Source of the DNA: an uncultured Verrucomicrobiota bacterium
GTDB taxonomy: Bacteria > Verrucomicrobiota > Kiritimatiellia > CAIVKH01
DNA length: 64,000 nucleotides
NCBI GenBank assembly: GCA_937872895.1
Contig: CALMUP010000008.1
Span: forward strand, 68,976-132,975
Direction: 5' to 3'
Shown: positions 20,769 to 29,428 of the stretch, in pieces
Layout: every line of letters begins with the position of its first letter
Position numbering within the stretch: the stretch's first letter is position 1
The notes under the pieces: generated by a model
Told to the model about the DNA's origin: nothing
Database searches by the model: none
Seen by the model: only the letters and a program-made list of their open reading frames with translations
Program-made: the position numbers and the translations under genes

Positions 20769-20874
20769 GCACGGGTCGTATTCCGGGAAGGAATGAGCGC
20801 AACCTAGCGGATTCATTCCTGTGCGGCAAGGTGTTTCTGGTTGGCGGGGGAAATCAGGCCGGTATGCTGGAGCC

Positions 20875-21573
20875 ATGTTGATTCTTGGTCATCGCGGGGC
20901 GGCGGCGGTTATGCCGGAGAACACCCTGGTGTCGTTCCGAGCGGCGTGGCAGGCCGGGGCGGATGGGGTTGAGTTGGATGTCCATCTTACGGCGGATGGA
21001 ATCCCGGTGGTATTCCATGACCACGACGGGGCGCGTCTGGCCGGGCGTCCGCAGTCGATCGCGGCCACCTCCTGGGCCGAGCTGCAAACCTGGCGGGTGC
21101 GCGGCGAGCCGGTTCCGTCGCTGGCGGAGGTGCTGGATTCGGCACCGGACGGTTCACGGGTGCTGGTGGAGGTGAAGGCGGGACGGGAGGCGTTGGTGCC
21201 GCTGGCCTCGGTCTTGCGCACGCCTCGTCCGGTGCACCTCGGGCTGCTGGGGTTTGATCCGATGGTCATGGCCGAGGCGGTCTCGGTATTGCCTGGAATT
21301 CCGGTATCGCTGAATGTCGAAGCCGGGGAGGTGAACCGGCTTGATGCCTTGTTGGCGCTGGCGGTGCGGTCCCGGTGGGAGGGGTTGAGCTTCGGGTGGT
21401 CGGCGGTGCTGGATGCTTCGGTGGTTCGTGCCGTGCACGGGGCAGGGTTGTTGTGCACGGTATGGACGGTCAATGACCCGATCGTCGCGGCCTCGTTGCG
21501 CGCGGCCGGCGTGGACCGCTGCATTACCGATGATCCGGCGCGGTTGCGGGAGTTCCTCGATCGTGGGCACTAA
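20875..21573 (+). CDS. Glycerophosphodiester phosphodiesterase (GDPD family)
   Basis: LILGHRGAAAVMPENTLVSFRAAWQAGADGVELDVHLTADGIPVVFHD is the canonical GDPD N-terminus with its HR…E…D…H catalytic signature. Confidence 0.85.
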   Translation: MLILGHRGAAAVMPENTLVSFRAAWQAGADGVELDVHLTADGIPVVFHDHDGARLAGRPQSIAATSWAELQTWRVRGEPVPSLAEVLDSAPDGSRVLVEVKAGREALVPLASVLRTPRPVHLGLLGFDPMVMAEAVSVLPGIPVSLNVEAGEVNRLDALLALAVRSRWEGLSFGWSAVLDASVVRAVHGAGLLCTVWTVNDPIVAASLRAAGVDRCITDDPARLREFLDRGH

Positions 21574-22405
21574 ACGGCGATGGGCACCCGGTGAGCGAGA
21601 CGCGGCGTTGTGCTGGTTGGAGGATCTCCATGCCCAGTACCACCAACGGGCGTGGCTTGGTTCCGATCCGTTGCAGTTTGTCCATCGGTACCCTGATCCG
21701 GCCGATCAGGAAGTTGTCGGACTGATCGCCGCGTCGCTTGCCTACGGGAATGTTACGGTGATCCACCGCAGCATTGAGGATGTGTTACACCGGATGGCCG
21801 GTGCGCCCGCCGCTTGGTTGCGTGGCACGCCGGATCGGGAGGTGTACCGGGCCATGGCCGGGTTCCGGCACCGCTGGACCGATGCGGTGGCGCTCGGTGA
21901 TTTGCTGGTGGGCATGGCGCGGGCGATTCGAACACACGGTTCACTGGGCTGGTTGTTCCGGGAACTCGATCGTCCCGCCGAAGATTACCGGGACACCCTG
22001 ACCGCATGGGTCGGGGTTTTGCGTACGTCCGCCTCGCGGGGTGGGCGGCACCTGCTCGCGGATCCTGCGGCCAACAGTCCTTGTAAACGCCTTTACCTGT
22101 TTGCCCGCTGGATGATCCGGCAAGACGCGATCGATCCGGGATGCTGGGCCGGTCTTGATCCGTCACGTCTGGTGATTCCACTCGACACCCACATCTTTGC
22201 CTTCGCCAAAGCCGCCCGCTTTACCAGGCGCGTCCGTCCCGATGGTTGCGCTGCACAGGAGATTACCACTGTGTTTCGCATCCTGCGGCCGGATGATCCG
22301 GTGCGTTACGACTTCGCCTTGACCCGCCCGGGCATACTTCATGGATGGCGACCGGGTATCCGGCCTCCGTGGTTGAACCGAAGGCCTACGCCTCTAAATG
22401 CATAA
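21563..22405 (+). CDS. Conserved hypothetical protein (possibly DUF2400/TIGR02757-like); start uncertain
   Basis: Long ORF in a different frame from the GDPD gene. It has no in-frame ATG downstream of the GDPD stop before conserved-looking sequence, so a GTG at 21563 is proposed. Contains …HRYPDPADQEVVGLIAASLAYGNV…. Confidence 0.4.
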   Translation: MGTKRRWAPGERDAALCWLEDLHAQYHQRAWLGSDPLQFVHRYPDPADQEVVGLIAASLAYGNVTVIHRSIEDVLHRMAGAPAAWLRGTPDREVYRAMAGFRHRWTDAVALGDLLVGMARAIRTHGSLGWLFRELDRPAEDYRDTLTAWVGVLRTSASRGGRHLLADPAANSPCKRLYLFARWMIRQDAIDPGCWAGLDPSRLVIPLDTHIFAFAKAARFTRRVRPDGCAAQEITTVFRILRPDDPVRYDFALTRPGILHGWRPGIRPPWLNRRPTPLNA

Positions 22406-22513
22406 ATACGTTAACCTTGCGGTCTGATTTCTTGACGTGTTCTAAACCATCCCATAACCTTTATCGATCATGATCCAACAAACGGATCATGAACGCAGTC
22501 CAAAGAATACATC

Positions 22514-25324
22514 ATGATTGCTACACGCACCGTAGGGATGTTTGCAGGTTCTGGTCGGCGGGGGTGTGTTCTGGCGATAACGGTGGCATGCCTGCTCCCG
22601 ATCGCCAGCCGTGCCCAGACGCTCGATGCGGACATGAATTTCGCCTCGGGGTTGATCGAGTGGGGTTTTCCTGACTTCGCGTTGAAACAGGCCGAAGCCG
22701 TCCTGCAGAAGAATCCCGGTGCGGCTGATCGCGTCAACCTGATCCGGGCCCAGATTCACATCGCGGCCCGCCGCTTTGCCGAGGCCGAGGCGATGCTGGC
22801 CGGTTTCGCTCCCGGCAATGCGAAGGCCGATGCGCTGCGTCTTGCCTTGGCCAATGCGTACAACGCCGCCGGAGACACCGACAAGGCACGGCAGATTTAT
22901 ACGGAATTCTTCAGCCGGTTCACCGAGAAGCCGACCGATCCCGATGTGATGCGGTTCTACCGTGACGCTGCCTACCGCTATGCCGCCATGCTCGAGCGGG
23001 CCGGCGATCTGGTTGGCGCGTTTGATGCCTACAACCGGGTGTTGCTGACCGACCCGGAAAAGGACGTCGCCCGGCGCATCAAGACGGATCAATCGCAATT
23101 GTATCTCAAACTTGCCCGGGCCAACCATGAAGGCAAACGCGATGAATTTGCCCATAAGACCCGAACATTGGTCGAGGAAATTCAATGGGGCGGCGTGGAC
23201 CTGTGGTTCGGTCAGTCGATCATCACCCTGGCCAATGTCGAGTTGATCTACAACGACGAGGAGAAAGCACAGGCCATCATCCGTGACTACAAGGACATTC
23301 TCGATCAGATCGATGTGCTGCTGGAAGAGAACCAGATGTCCAAGGCGCTTAGTCCAAAGGCCGGAGCACGCTTTCTATCCGGAGAGATTTCCCAACGAGC
23401 CGCCGAGCGGGCCGCTGCCGCGAACGATACGGACGGTGCGGTGCGCGCCTATGGTGCCGCACTGACCGAATTCTACAATGTATTCGTCGGGTACGGCGAC
23501 AGCGACGTCGGTCCGGAGGCGGGAGTGCGTGCCCAGACGATCAAGGACATCCTGCAAAACACCTACGGCAAACGGGTGAACATCGACCTTGGAGCACGGG
23601 CCAACGAAGCCGCGATTACGGCGTACCGACTGGCTGAAACCCTGTTCCGCGAGAAGAAGTTCGCCGAGGCGGCTGACGCATTCCTCCGCGCCGCCAACCA
23701 GTTCCCTGAACTGGACACGACCGCCAAGGCGCTGGGCACGTTGATGCTCGCCTATGCTGAATTGGACGACGTGCTGATGGTACGTACAATCGCTTCGTAC
23801 GTGGCCGATCGGTTCTCCAGCAAACCCGACGGTGCCAACGGCCTCCTTGCCGCCGGCAAGTTTTATGTCGATAAGAACCGGCCCGACTTGTTCACCGAAT
23901 TGTACGAGACCTACCTGCGCGCCTATCCCTCACACGATCGCGCCGGTACGATCCTGTTCTTCCTCGCCACCCAGCGCAAGAAGGCCGGGGACGAGGCGGG
24001 TGCAGCGGCCTATTTCCGCCGGATCATCGATAACTACCCGAAGGACCAGTATTACCCGCGCGCCTTGACGCAGGTGGCCTGGAGTTTCTACCAGGCCGGT
24101 GACTTCGAAAGTGCAGTGAATTATTTCCGCAAGATGGTGGCGGAAACCCAACCAGGTCCGGACCGTGCCAATGCACAGTTCAACCTGGCCGATTCCCTGG
24201 TACGGCTTGGTCGATTTGCCGATGCCATCACGGAGCTGGAAACGCTGATCAAGTGGTTGGCCCCGCCCAGCAACCCGTACGGATCCTCGCCGTCCGATAT
24301 CGAGAAGAACCGCCAGACCCTCGAACGCGCCACCTTCCAACGCGCCCAAAGCCTGGCGCGGATCACCGAGCCGGCCGACCAGATCCCCGAGTTCCGCGAC
24401 CGGGCCATTCGCGGGTTCGACCAGTTCGTCCGGACGTTTGGCCAGTCCGACCTGGCATCGCGGGCGTTGAATGCCAAGGGAACGGTTCTGCTCGAACTCA
24501 AGCGCTTTGACGAAGCAACCCAGGCGTTTGATGAGCTCGCGGCCAAGTACCCCGACTCCACCGAGGGCCGCAACGCCTTGTTCTCCCTCGCACGGGCGGC
24601 CATGGAGATCAAGCAGTTCGAACAGGGGGTCGCGGCGTTCCGCAAGATGATGGGCATGCCGGATCAGTACGCCGCCGACGAATATGTCCGCCTTGGTCAA
24701 ATGATGGGTGATGCCGGCTATGCCAAGGAAGCCATCGAGGCCTTCAACCAGGCCCAGGGGAAAATCGCCCGCCTTCCCGAGGCCGAACAAGCCAATGCCC
24801 GCCCGCTGCTTGAGCGTTCGCTCTTCGGGATCGCGCAGGCCTATTACAAAGCGGGGCAATTTCCGGAGGCCATCCAGGCCGTGAGCGACCTGATGGCCCG
24901 GTATCCGCAATCGGGTCTGTTCTATGAAGCGAAATTCCTCCAGGGTGAAGCCTTGCGTGACAGCGGGCGCCTGCCCGATGCCGTGATCGCCTTGAGCGAT
25001 GTGTTCCGCTTTGCCTCCGACCCCGCCTTGATCAATCGAGCCAACCGGACCCTGGCCGATATCCAGACCCGGAACGGGGATCTGGTCGATGCCTTGGCGA
25101 CCTGGCAACGCATGGCTTTGCTCAGTGATCGCAGCAAACCCGAGAATCTGCCGATGATCGAAGAGGCGCTGTTCCGCAGCATTGAACTGGCGACCCAGTT
25201 GGAGCGGCACAAGGAAGTGATCGAAAGCGCCGATGACTATCTCGCCTTGTTCCCGCAGGGTCCGAACATCGTTACGGTGCGCCGCCTGCGTGGTGAGTCC
25301 GTCTTGAAATCCGCTGGTCCATAG
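22514..25324 (+). CDS. Large secreted tetratricopeptide-repeat (TPR) protein
   Basis: 936 aa with a signal peptide and TPR-like helical repeats throughout. It lies immediately upstream of the TPR/ExbB/ExbD/ExbD cluster. Confidence 0.7.
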   Translation: MIATRTVGMFAGSGRRGCVLAITVACLLPIASRAQTLDADMNFASGLIEWGFPDFALKQAEAVLQKNPGAADRVNLIRAQIHIAARRFAEAEAMLAGFAPGNAKADALRLALANAYNAAGDTDKARQIYTEFFSRFTEKPTDPDVMRFYRDAAYRYAAMLERAGDLVGAFDAYNRVLLTDPEKDVARRIKTDQSQLYLKLARANHEGKRDEFAHKTRTLVEEIQWGGVDLWFGQSIITLANVELIYNDEEKAQAIIRDYKDILDQIDVLLEENQMSKALSPKAGARFLSGEISQRAAERAAAANDTDGAVRAYGAALTEFYNVFVGYGDSDVGPEAGVRAQTIKDILQNTYGKRVNIDLGARANEAAITAYRLAETLFREKKFAEAADAFLRAANQFPELDTTAKALGTLMLAYAELDDVLMVRTIASYVADRFSSKPDGANGLLAAGKFYVDKNRPDLFTELYETYLRAYPSHDRAGTILFFLATQRKKAGDEAGAAAYFRRIIDNYPKDQYYPRALTQVAWSFYQAGDFESAVNYFRKMVAETQPGPDRANAQFNLADSLVRLGRFADAITELETLIKWLAPPSNPYGSSPSDIEKNRQTLERATFQRAQSLARITEPADQIPEFRDRAIRGFDQFVRTFGQSDLASRALNAKGTVLLELKRFDEATQAFDELAAKYPDSTEGRNALFSLARAAMEIKQFEQGVAAFRKMMGMPDQYAADEYVRLGQMMGDAGYAKEAIEAFNQAQGKIARLPEAEQANARPLLERSLFGIAQAYYKAGQFPEAIQAVSDLMARYPQSGLFYEAKFLQGEALRDSGRLPDAVIALSDVFRFASDPALINRANRTLADIQTRNGDLVDALATWQRMALLSDRSKPENLPMIEEALFRSIELATQLERHKEVIESADDYLALFPQGPNIVTVRRLRGESVLKSAGP

Positions 25325-25347
25325 TGAAACGAAGCGAGGGGAAACCC

Positions 25348-26124
25348 ATGAAAACCAAACCATATCTTTTCGCCGTGGTCGCCATCGTCGCCGGTTGGTC
25401 CGCCGATGCCGCCGTGGTCATCCTGCCCAACGGCAACCGTATTGAAGGCACCGAGATCAGGGCGAACCGCAACGGGGATGTCGTCCTTACCACCGCTGCT
25501 GGTCAACGTACCTTCGCCCGCGGCCAGTACACCCAGGCCATTGCCGATAAACCGGCTTCGTTCGACCAGGCGCGTGCCTTGGCCGGGCAGGGGAGGCATG
25601 ATGAGGCGATCACCATGCTGGAAACGATCGCAACCGAGTTCCGGTTTCTCGACTGGGACAACAAGGCGCTGATTGCCATCGCCCAGATCCAATCCGGCCG
25701 CGGCAACCACAAGCAGGCGGTTGAGGTCTATGAACGGTTGTTCCGTCAGGCACCGGAGTTGCGCCAGGATGCCGTCGCGCAATGGGCTTACCGCGATGCG
25801 TTGCTCGCCGCGGAGGAGTTCGACAAGCTGGTGCCGCAGTTGGATGATGCGATCAGCAAGGGAAGCCGCACCGATGCCGCCCGGGCCCAGGTCATGCGGG
25901 GTGATGTGCGGATGCGCCAGTCGCAGGTGGAGGCCGCGGTCATGGATTATCTCCGCTCCGCCATCCTGTTCGAGACCGAGGCGACCGTGCAGCCGGAAGC
26001 CCTGTTCAAGGCCGGACAGGGACTGGAAAAACTCCGTGATCCCCGTTCAAAAGAGATGTATCGTCGATTGGTAGCAAAGTATCCAACGTCCACCTTCGCC
26101 CAGGAAGCTCGGGGCAAGCTGTAA
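25348..26124 (+). CDS. Secreted TPR-like protein
   Basis: Signal peptide MKTKPYLFAVVAIVAGWSADA with TPR-like repeats. RBS gaggggaaa lies before the ATG at 25348. Confidence 0.6.
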   Translation: MKTKPYLFAVVAIVAGWSADAAVVILPNGNRIEGTEIRANRNGDVVLTTAAGQRTFARGQYTQAIADKPASFDQARALAGQGRHDEAITMLETIATEFRFLDWDNKALIAIAQIQSGRGNHKQAVEVYERLFRQAPELRQDAVAQWAYRDALLAAEEFDKLVPQLDDAISKGSRTDAARAQVMRGDVRMRQSQVEAAVMDYLRSAILFETEATVQPEALFKAGQGLEKLRDPRSKEMYRRLVAKYPTSTFAQEARGKL

Positions 26125-26132
26125 ACCAACGT

Positions 26133-26969
26133 ATGAAGCGAACCGTCATGAGGAGTGCTGGTATGTCCAATAAAATGCGCGTGTTGTTGTGTCTGATGGT
26201 GTCCATCGGCCTGTTGGGATTCACCTCGGCGGTCCTCGCCCAGGAGGCCGCACCGGCGGCCGGGGCCGGACTTGAGCTTGACGCCGATGCGGCGGCCGCA
26301 GCGGCCAACGAGGCGAAACAGGACCAGATGAGTTTCTACCGCATTGTCATGAGCGGTGGCTTCATGGGCGTGGTCCTCTGGCTGTCGCTGGGTGCCTGCT
26401 CGGTGGCCGGATTTGCCCTGATCGTCGATTCGTTCATCACCATCCGCGAGAAGAAGATCGTTCCCGACGCCTTTGTCACCAAGGTGCGCGAGTCGATGGA
26501 GCAGGGGGATGTCATGAAGGCGATGAAACACTGCGAGGAGGAGCCGGGCCCCTTGTCCAGCATCCTCACCGCCGGCTTCAGCAACGTGCAGGAAGGTTTC
26601 GAGGCGATTCAGGAGGCGGTCGGTATCGCCGCTGACCTGGAAAGTGAAAAACTGCTTCAGCGCGTCACCTACCTGAACGTGGTGGCCAACCTGGCGCCGA
26701 TGCTCGGGCTGCTCGGCACGGTGCAAGGCATGATCTTCGCCTTCGCCACCCTCGGTACCCAGTCTGCCGGTGCCGCCCAGCAGGCCATGCTCGCCGTCAA
26801 CATCGCCCAGGCGCTCTACACCACGGCGGGTGGCCTGGTGGCCGCCGTCCCGGCACTTGCCTTCTTCTACTACTTCCGCAACCGCGCCACCAAGATCACG
26901 CTGGGCATGGAGGCGTTGACCCTGGATTTGATCAAGGTGCTTCGCAACGTGGATGTCGTTTCCGAGTAA
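26133..26969 (+). CDS. MotA/TolQ/ExbB proton-channel family protein
   Basis: C-terminal core …ANLAPMLGLLGTVQGMIFAF…AQALYTTAGGLVAAVPALAFFYYF… with an N-terminal signal/anchor extension. Confidence 0.85.
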   Translation: MKRTVMRSAGMSNKMRVLLCLMVSIGLLGFTSAVLAQEAAPAAGAGLELDADAAAAAANEAKQDQMSFYRIVMSGGFMGVVLWLSLGACSVAGFALIVDSFITIREKKIVPDAFVTKVRESMEQGDVMKAMKHCEEEPGPLSSILTAGFSNVQEGFEAIQEAVGIAADLESEKLLQRVTYLNVVANLAPMLGLLGTVQGMIFAFATLGTQSAGAAQQAMLAVNIAQALYTTAGGLVAAVPALAFFYYFRNRATKITLGMEALTLDLIKVLRNVDVVSE

Positions 26970-26992
26970 TCGAGCCCCGGACAGGTGAACGG

Positions 26993-27406
26993 ATGAAAAA
27001 GCCGAGAGAAGAAGGGGGCGTCAATATGACGCCGATGATCGATGTGGTCTTCCAGTTGATCATCTTCTTCGTGTGCACCGCCGTCCTGGAGCAGCAGTCG
27101 ATCGATGAGAGCATCCGGTTGAGCATGTCGCCCCACGGACCCGCGGTCGAGAAGAAGGACCCCCGCGAGGTCGTGGTGGAGGTGGATGAGCGCGGTCGGA
27201 TATCCATCGCCCGCAACCACATGAACGAGGCGTTCCTGCGCAACCTGCTGCGGAACATCGTGGTGAACCATGGTCAGACCACACCGGTGATCATCCGCGC
27301 TGCCGGCGGGGCCAAGCACGAGGATGTGCGCAAGGTGATGGATGCCTGCGCCTATGCCGGCTTGTGGAAGGTTTCGTTTGCCGCCACCAAGGAAGTGGCC
27401 AAGTAG
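26993..27406 (+). CDS. ExbD/TolR biopolymer transport protein
   Basis: NMTPMIDVVFQLIIFF, a single TM helix and a periplasmic domain. 137 aa. Confidence 0.85.
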   Translation: MKKPREEGGVNMTPMIDVVFQLIIFFVCTAVLEQQSIDESIRLSMSPHGPAVEKKDPREVVVEVDERGRISIARNHMNEAFLRNLLRNIVVNHGQTTPVIIRAAGGAKHEDVRKVMDACAYAGLWKVSFAATKEVAK

Positions 27407-27421
27407 AAAGGCGCATGCACC

Positions 27422-27841
27422 ATGGCAGGTAAACGCAGAAGGTCCCGAGGTTCGTCGTCGGAGTCAGGCGAGGTCAACATGACCGCCATGATCGATGTGG
27501 TGTTTCAATTGCTGGTGTATTTCATTGTCACCATCCAGCCGGTTGATGTCATTGCCCACCTCGATGTATTTCGCCCGTCGCCGGAAAAGAAGCAGGAGAA
27601 GCTCGAGAAGCCGCCGAAAATGATCAACATCCAGATCTATCCGGACGGGTTTACCATCAATGAGCGCTCGGTCGGTTTACGTGAGCTGGATACGCTGGTG
27701 GGCCGTCTGGCCGCGATTGATACGCGCCAGACCATCATGATCATGGCCACCGCATTGTCCAAGCATGAAGACCTGATCCGGGTACTCGACCTGTGTGCCA
27801 AGCATGGCCTGCAGAACCTCTCCGTGATCAGCACCAATTAA
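27422..27841 (+). CDS. ExbD/TolR biopolymer transport protein (second paralogue)
   Basis: NMTAMIDVVFQLLVYFIV…, 139 aa. Confidence 0.8.
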   Translation: MAGKRRRSRGSSSESGEVNMTAMIDVVFQLLVYFIVTIQPVDVIAHLDVFRPSPEKKQEKLEKPPKMINIQIYPDGFTINERSVGLRELDTLVGRLAAIDTRQTIMIMATALSKHEDLIRVLDLCAKHGLQNLSVISTN

Positions 27842-27867
27842 CGGATGGAGCGAATAGGAAGCCCGCC

Positions 27868-29370
27868 ATGAACGAAAGCGCCTCGACGCCCACGCCCAGC
27901 ACCGAATCGATCAAGAAGAAGCACCTGCGCCGCCGGATCCTCGAGCATATGCTCGGCCCGGTCGGTTCGATCATTTTCCATATCATTATCGTGATTGCTG
28001 CGCTGAAATTTCTCGGTATGGTCGGCGAACAGAAGGATGCCGCCATCCAGGTCCAGATCATGGAACCGGACGCGATTGATCTCGAGGAATTCGAAAAGGA
28101 ACTGGAGCAGATGGATGAGCTGACCGAGATGACCGACCTGGTCAATCCCGATCAGAACTTCGACATGGAAACCCCTCCGGATGTATCCACCGATGTCGCC
28201 CCCTCCGAAGATATCAGCATGGACTTGGCCGATCTGAATGTCATCAGCGATGCCCAGAGCCCGCTGGTGATGAAGGGTCTGTACGAAGGGCGTTCGGCTG
28301 CCGGCCGCTCCAAGATGCTCGGTGGCGCCGGCCGCTGGGCGCGCGAGGTCGAGGGCTCGGTCAACAAGGCCCTCGAATGGTTGAAGAACAACCAGGCCGA
28401 AGACGGATCATGGGGCCCCGGCGACCGGGAAGCCATGACCGGTTTGGCCGTCCTGACCTTCCTGGCCAATGGGGAAACCCCGTCGTCCGCGCAATACGGA
28501 GCCACCGTTGAAAAAGGCATCAAGTACCTCGTCAGCCTCCAGGAGAAGTTCGGTGAAGGCCGGTTTGCCAACTGGACACCCGGCGGAGAAGGCGGCATGC
28601 ATCAGGCCTATGCCCATGGTATTGCCACCTACGCCCTGTCCGAAGCCTATGGCCTTACGCGTATTCCAAGCCTTAAACCTGTTATGGAAAACGCCGTGGC
28701 CCTGATCGTCAACGGCCAGCAACCCGGTGGTTCCTGGGATTATGGCTTCCGCAAAACGGCCCGACGCGATGCCTCCGTGGCGGGGTGGCAATTGCAGGCC
28801 TTGAAGGCCGCCATCATGGCGGGGGCCAGTACTCCGGGAATCAAGGAAGCCCTTGATCGAGGTGTCGAAGAATTGATCAAGAGCCAACACCCGGAAACCG
28901 GCATGTTCCCGTACTCATCGCCTGACCGCGGCAAGATGAGCATCACCGGTGTTTCCGTGTTGTGTCTGCAGATTTCCGGGAAGGGCCGCGACAGCGCAAC
29001 CCGTCGCGGACTGCAGGCGCTGAAACAAGCGGACATCGACTGGCAAAAGCCCATGGATTGGCCCATGTACTCCTGGTATTACATCACCCAGGCAAAGTTC
29101 CATGCCGGCGGGGGAGACTGGGATCAGTGGAACATGAAATTCGCCCGGGAGATCATCCGGAACCAGAACGATGACGGAAGCTGGACTTCGGCTGGTCAGA
29201 ACATCGAGGGCGATGGCCATGGCAAGGAAGTGAACCATGGCCCGGTATATGCCACGACCCTGGCCGCCCTGACGCTTCAGGTCTATTACCGCTTCCTGCC
29301 GACCTACAAACCGGTCGAAGTCGAGGAAGACAAGGGGCCGTCCAAGGACGTGGTCATCGAGATCATCTGA
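27868..29370 (+). CDS. TonB-like membrane anchor fused to squalene-cyclase/prenyltransferase-like (alpha/alpha-toroid, QW-repeat) periplasmic domain
   Basis: Basic cytoplasmic N-terminus (KKKHLRRRILEH), one TM helix, an acidic Pro-containing linker, then at least four QW-type repeats (LEWLKNNQAEDGSWG; LIVNGQQPGGSWDYG; LIKSQHPETGMFPY; IIRNQNDDGSWTS). It occupies the position normally held by tonB after exbB-exbD-exbD. Confidence 0.6.
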   Translation: MNESASTPTPSTESIKKKHLRRRILEHMLGPVGSIIFHIIIVIAALKFLGMVGEQKDAAIQVQIMEPDAIDLEEFEKELEQMDELTEMTDLVNPDQNFDMETPPDVSTDVAPSEDISMDLADLNVISDAQSPLVMKGLYEGRSAAGRSKMLGGAGRWAREVEGSVNKALEWLKNNQAEDGSWGPGDREAMTGLAVLTFLANGETPSSAQYGATVEKGIKYLVSLQEKFGEGRFANWTPGGEGGMHQAYAHGIATYALSEAYGLTRIPSLKPVMENAVALIVNGQQPGGSWDYGFRKTARRDASVAGWQLQALKAAIMAGASTPGIKEALDRGVEELIKSQHPETGMFPYSSPDRGKMSITGVSVLCLQISGKGRDSATRRGLQALKQADIDWQKPMDWPMYSWYYITQAKFHAGGGDWDQWNMKFAREIIRNQNDDGSWTSAGQNIEGDGHGKEVNHGPVYATTLAALTLQVYYRFLPTYKPVEVEEDKGPSKDVVIEII

Positions 29371-29428
29371 TCCCGTCCCGCTTCGGCCGCAGTTGTGCTT
29401 TCCGGGCCGCGCGGCTACACTGCCGCCC

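Noticed and set aside
21413-21573. Upstream 160 nt of the 21413-22405 ORF overlapping the GDPD gene.
   Set aside because: It lies in a different frame inside a well-supported GDPD coding region. The downstream gene probably starts at or after the GDPD stop, but its exact start could not be fixed (no in-frame ATG), hence the low confidence.
29393-29428. Alternative upstream start (MCFPGRAATLPPM…) for mutL.
   Set aside because: MutL homologues begin at the conserved MSSHP…IQILPD…INKIAAGEVV segment. The upstream codons add a non-conserved Arg/Pro-rich tail.
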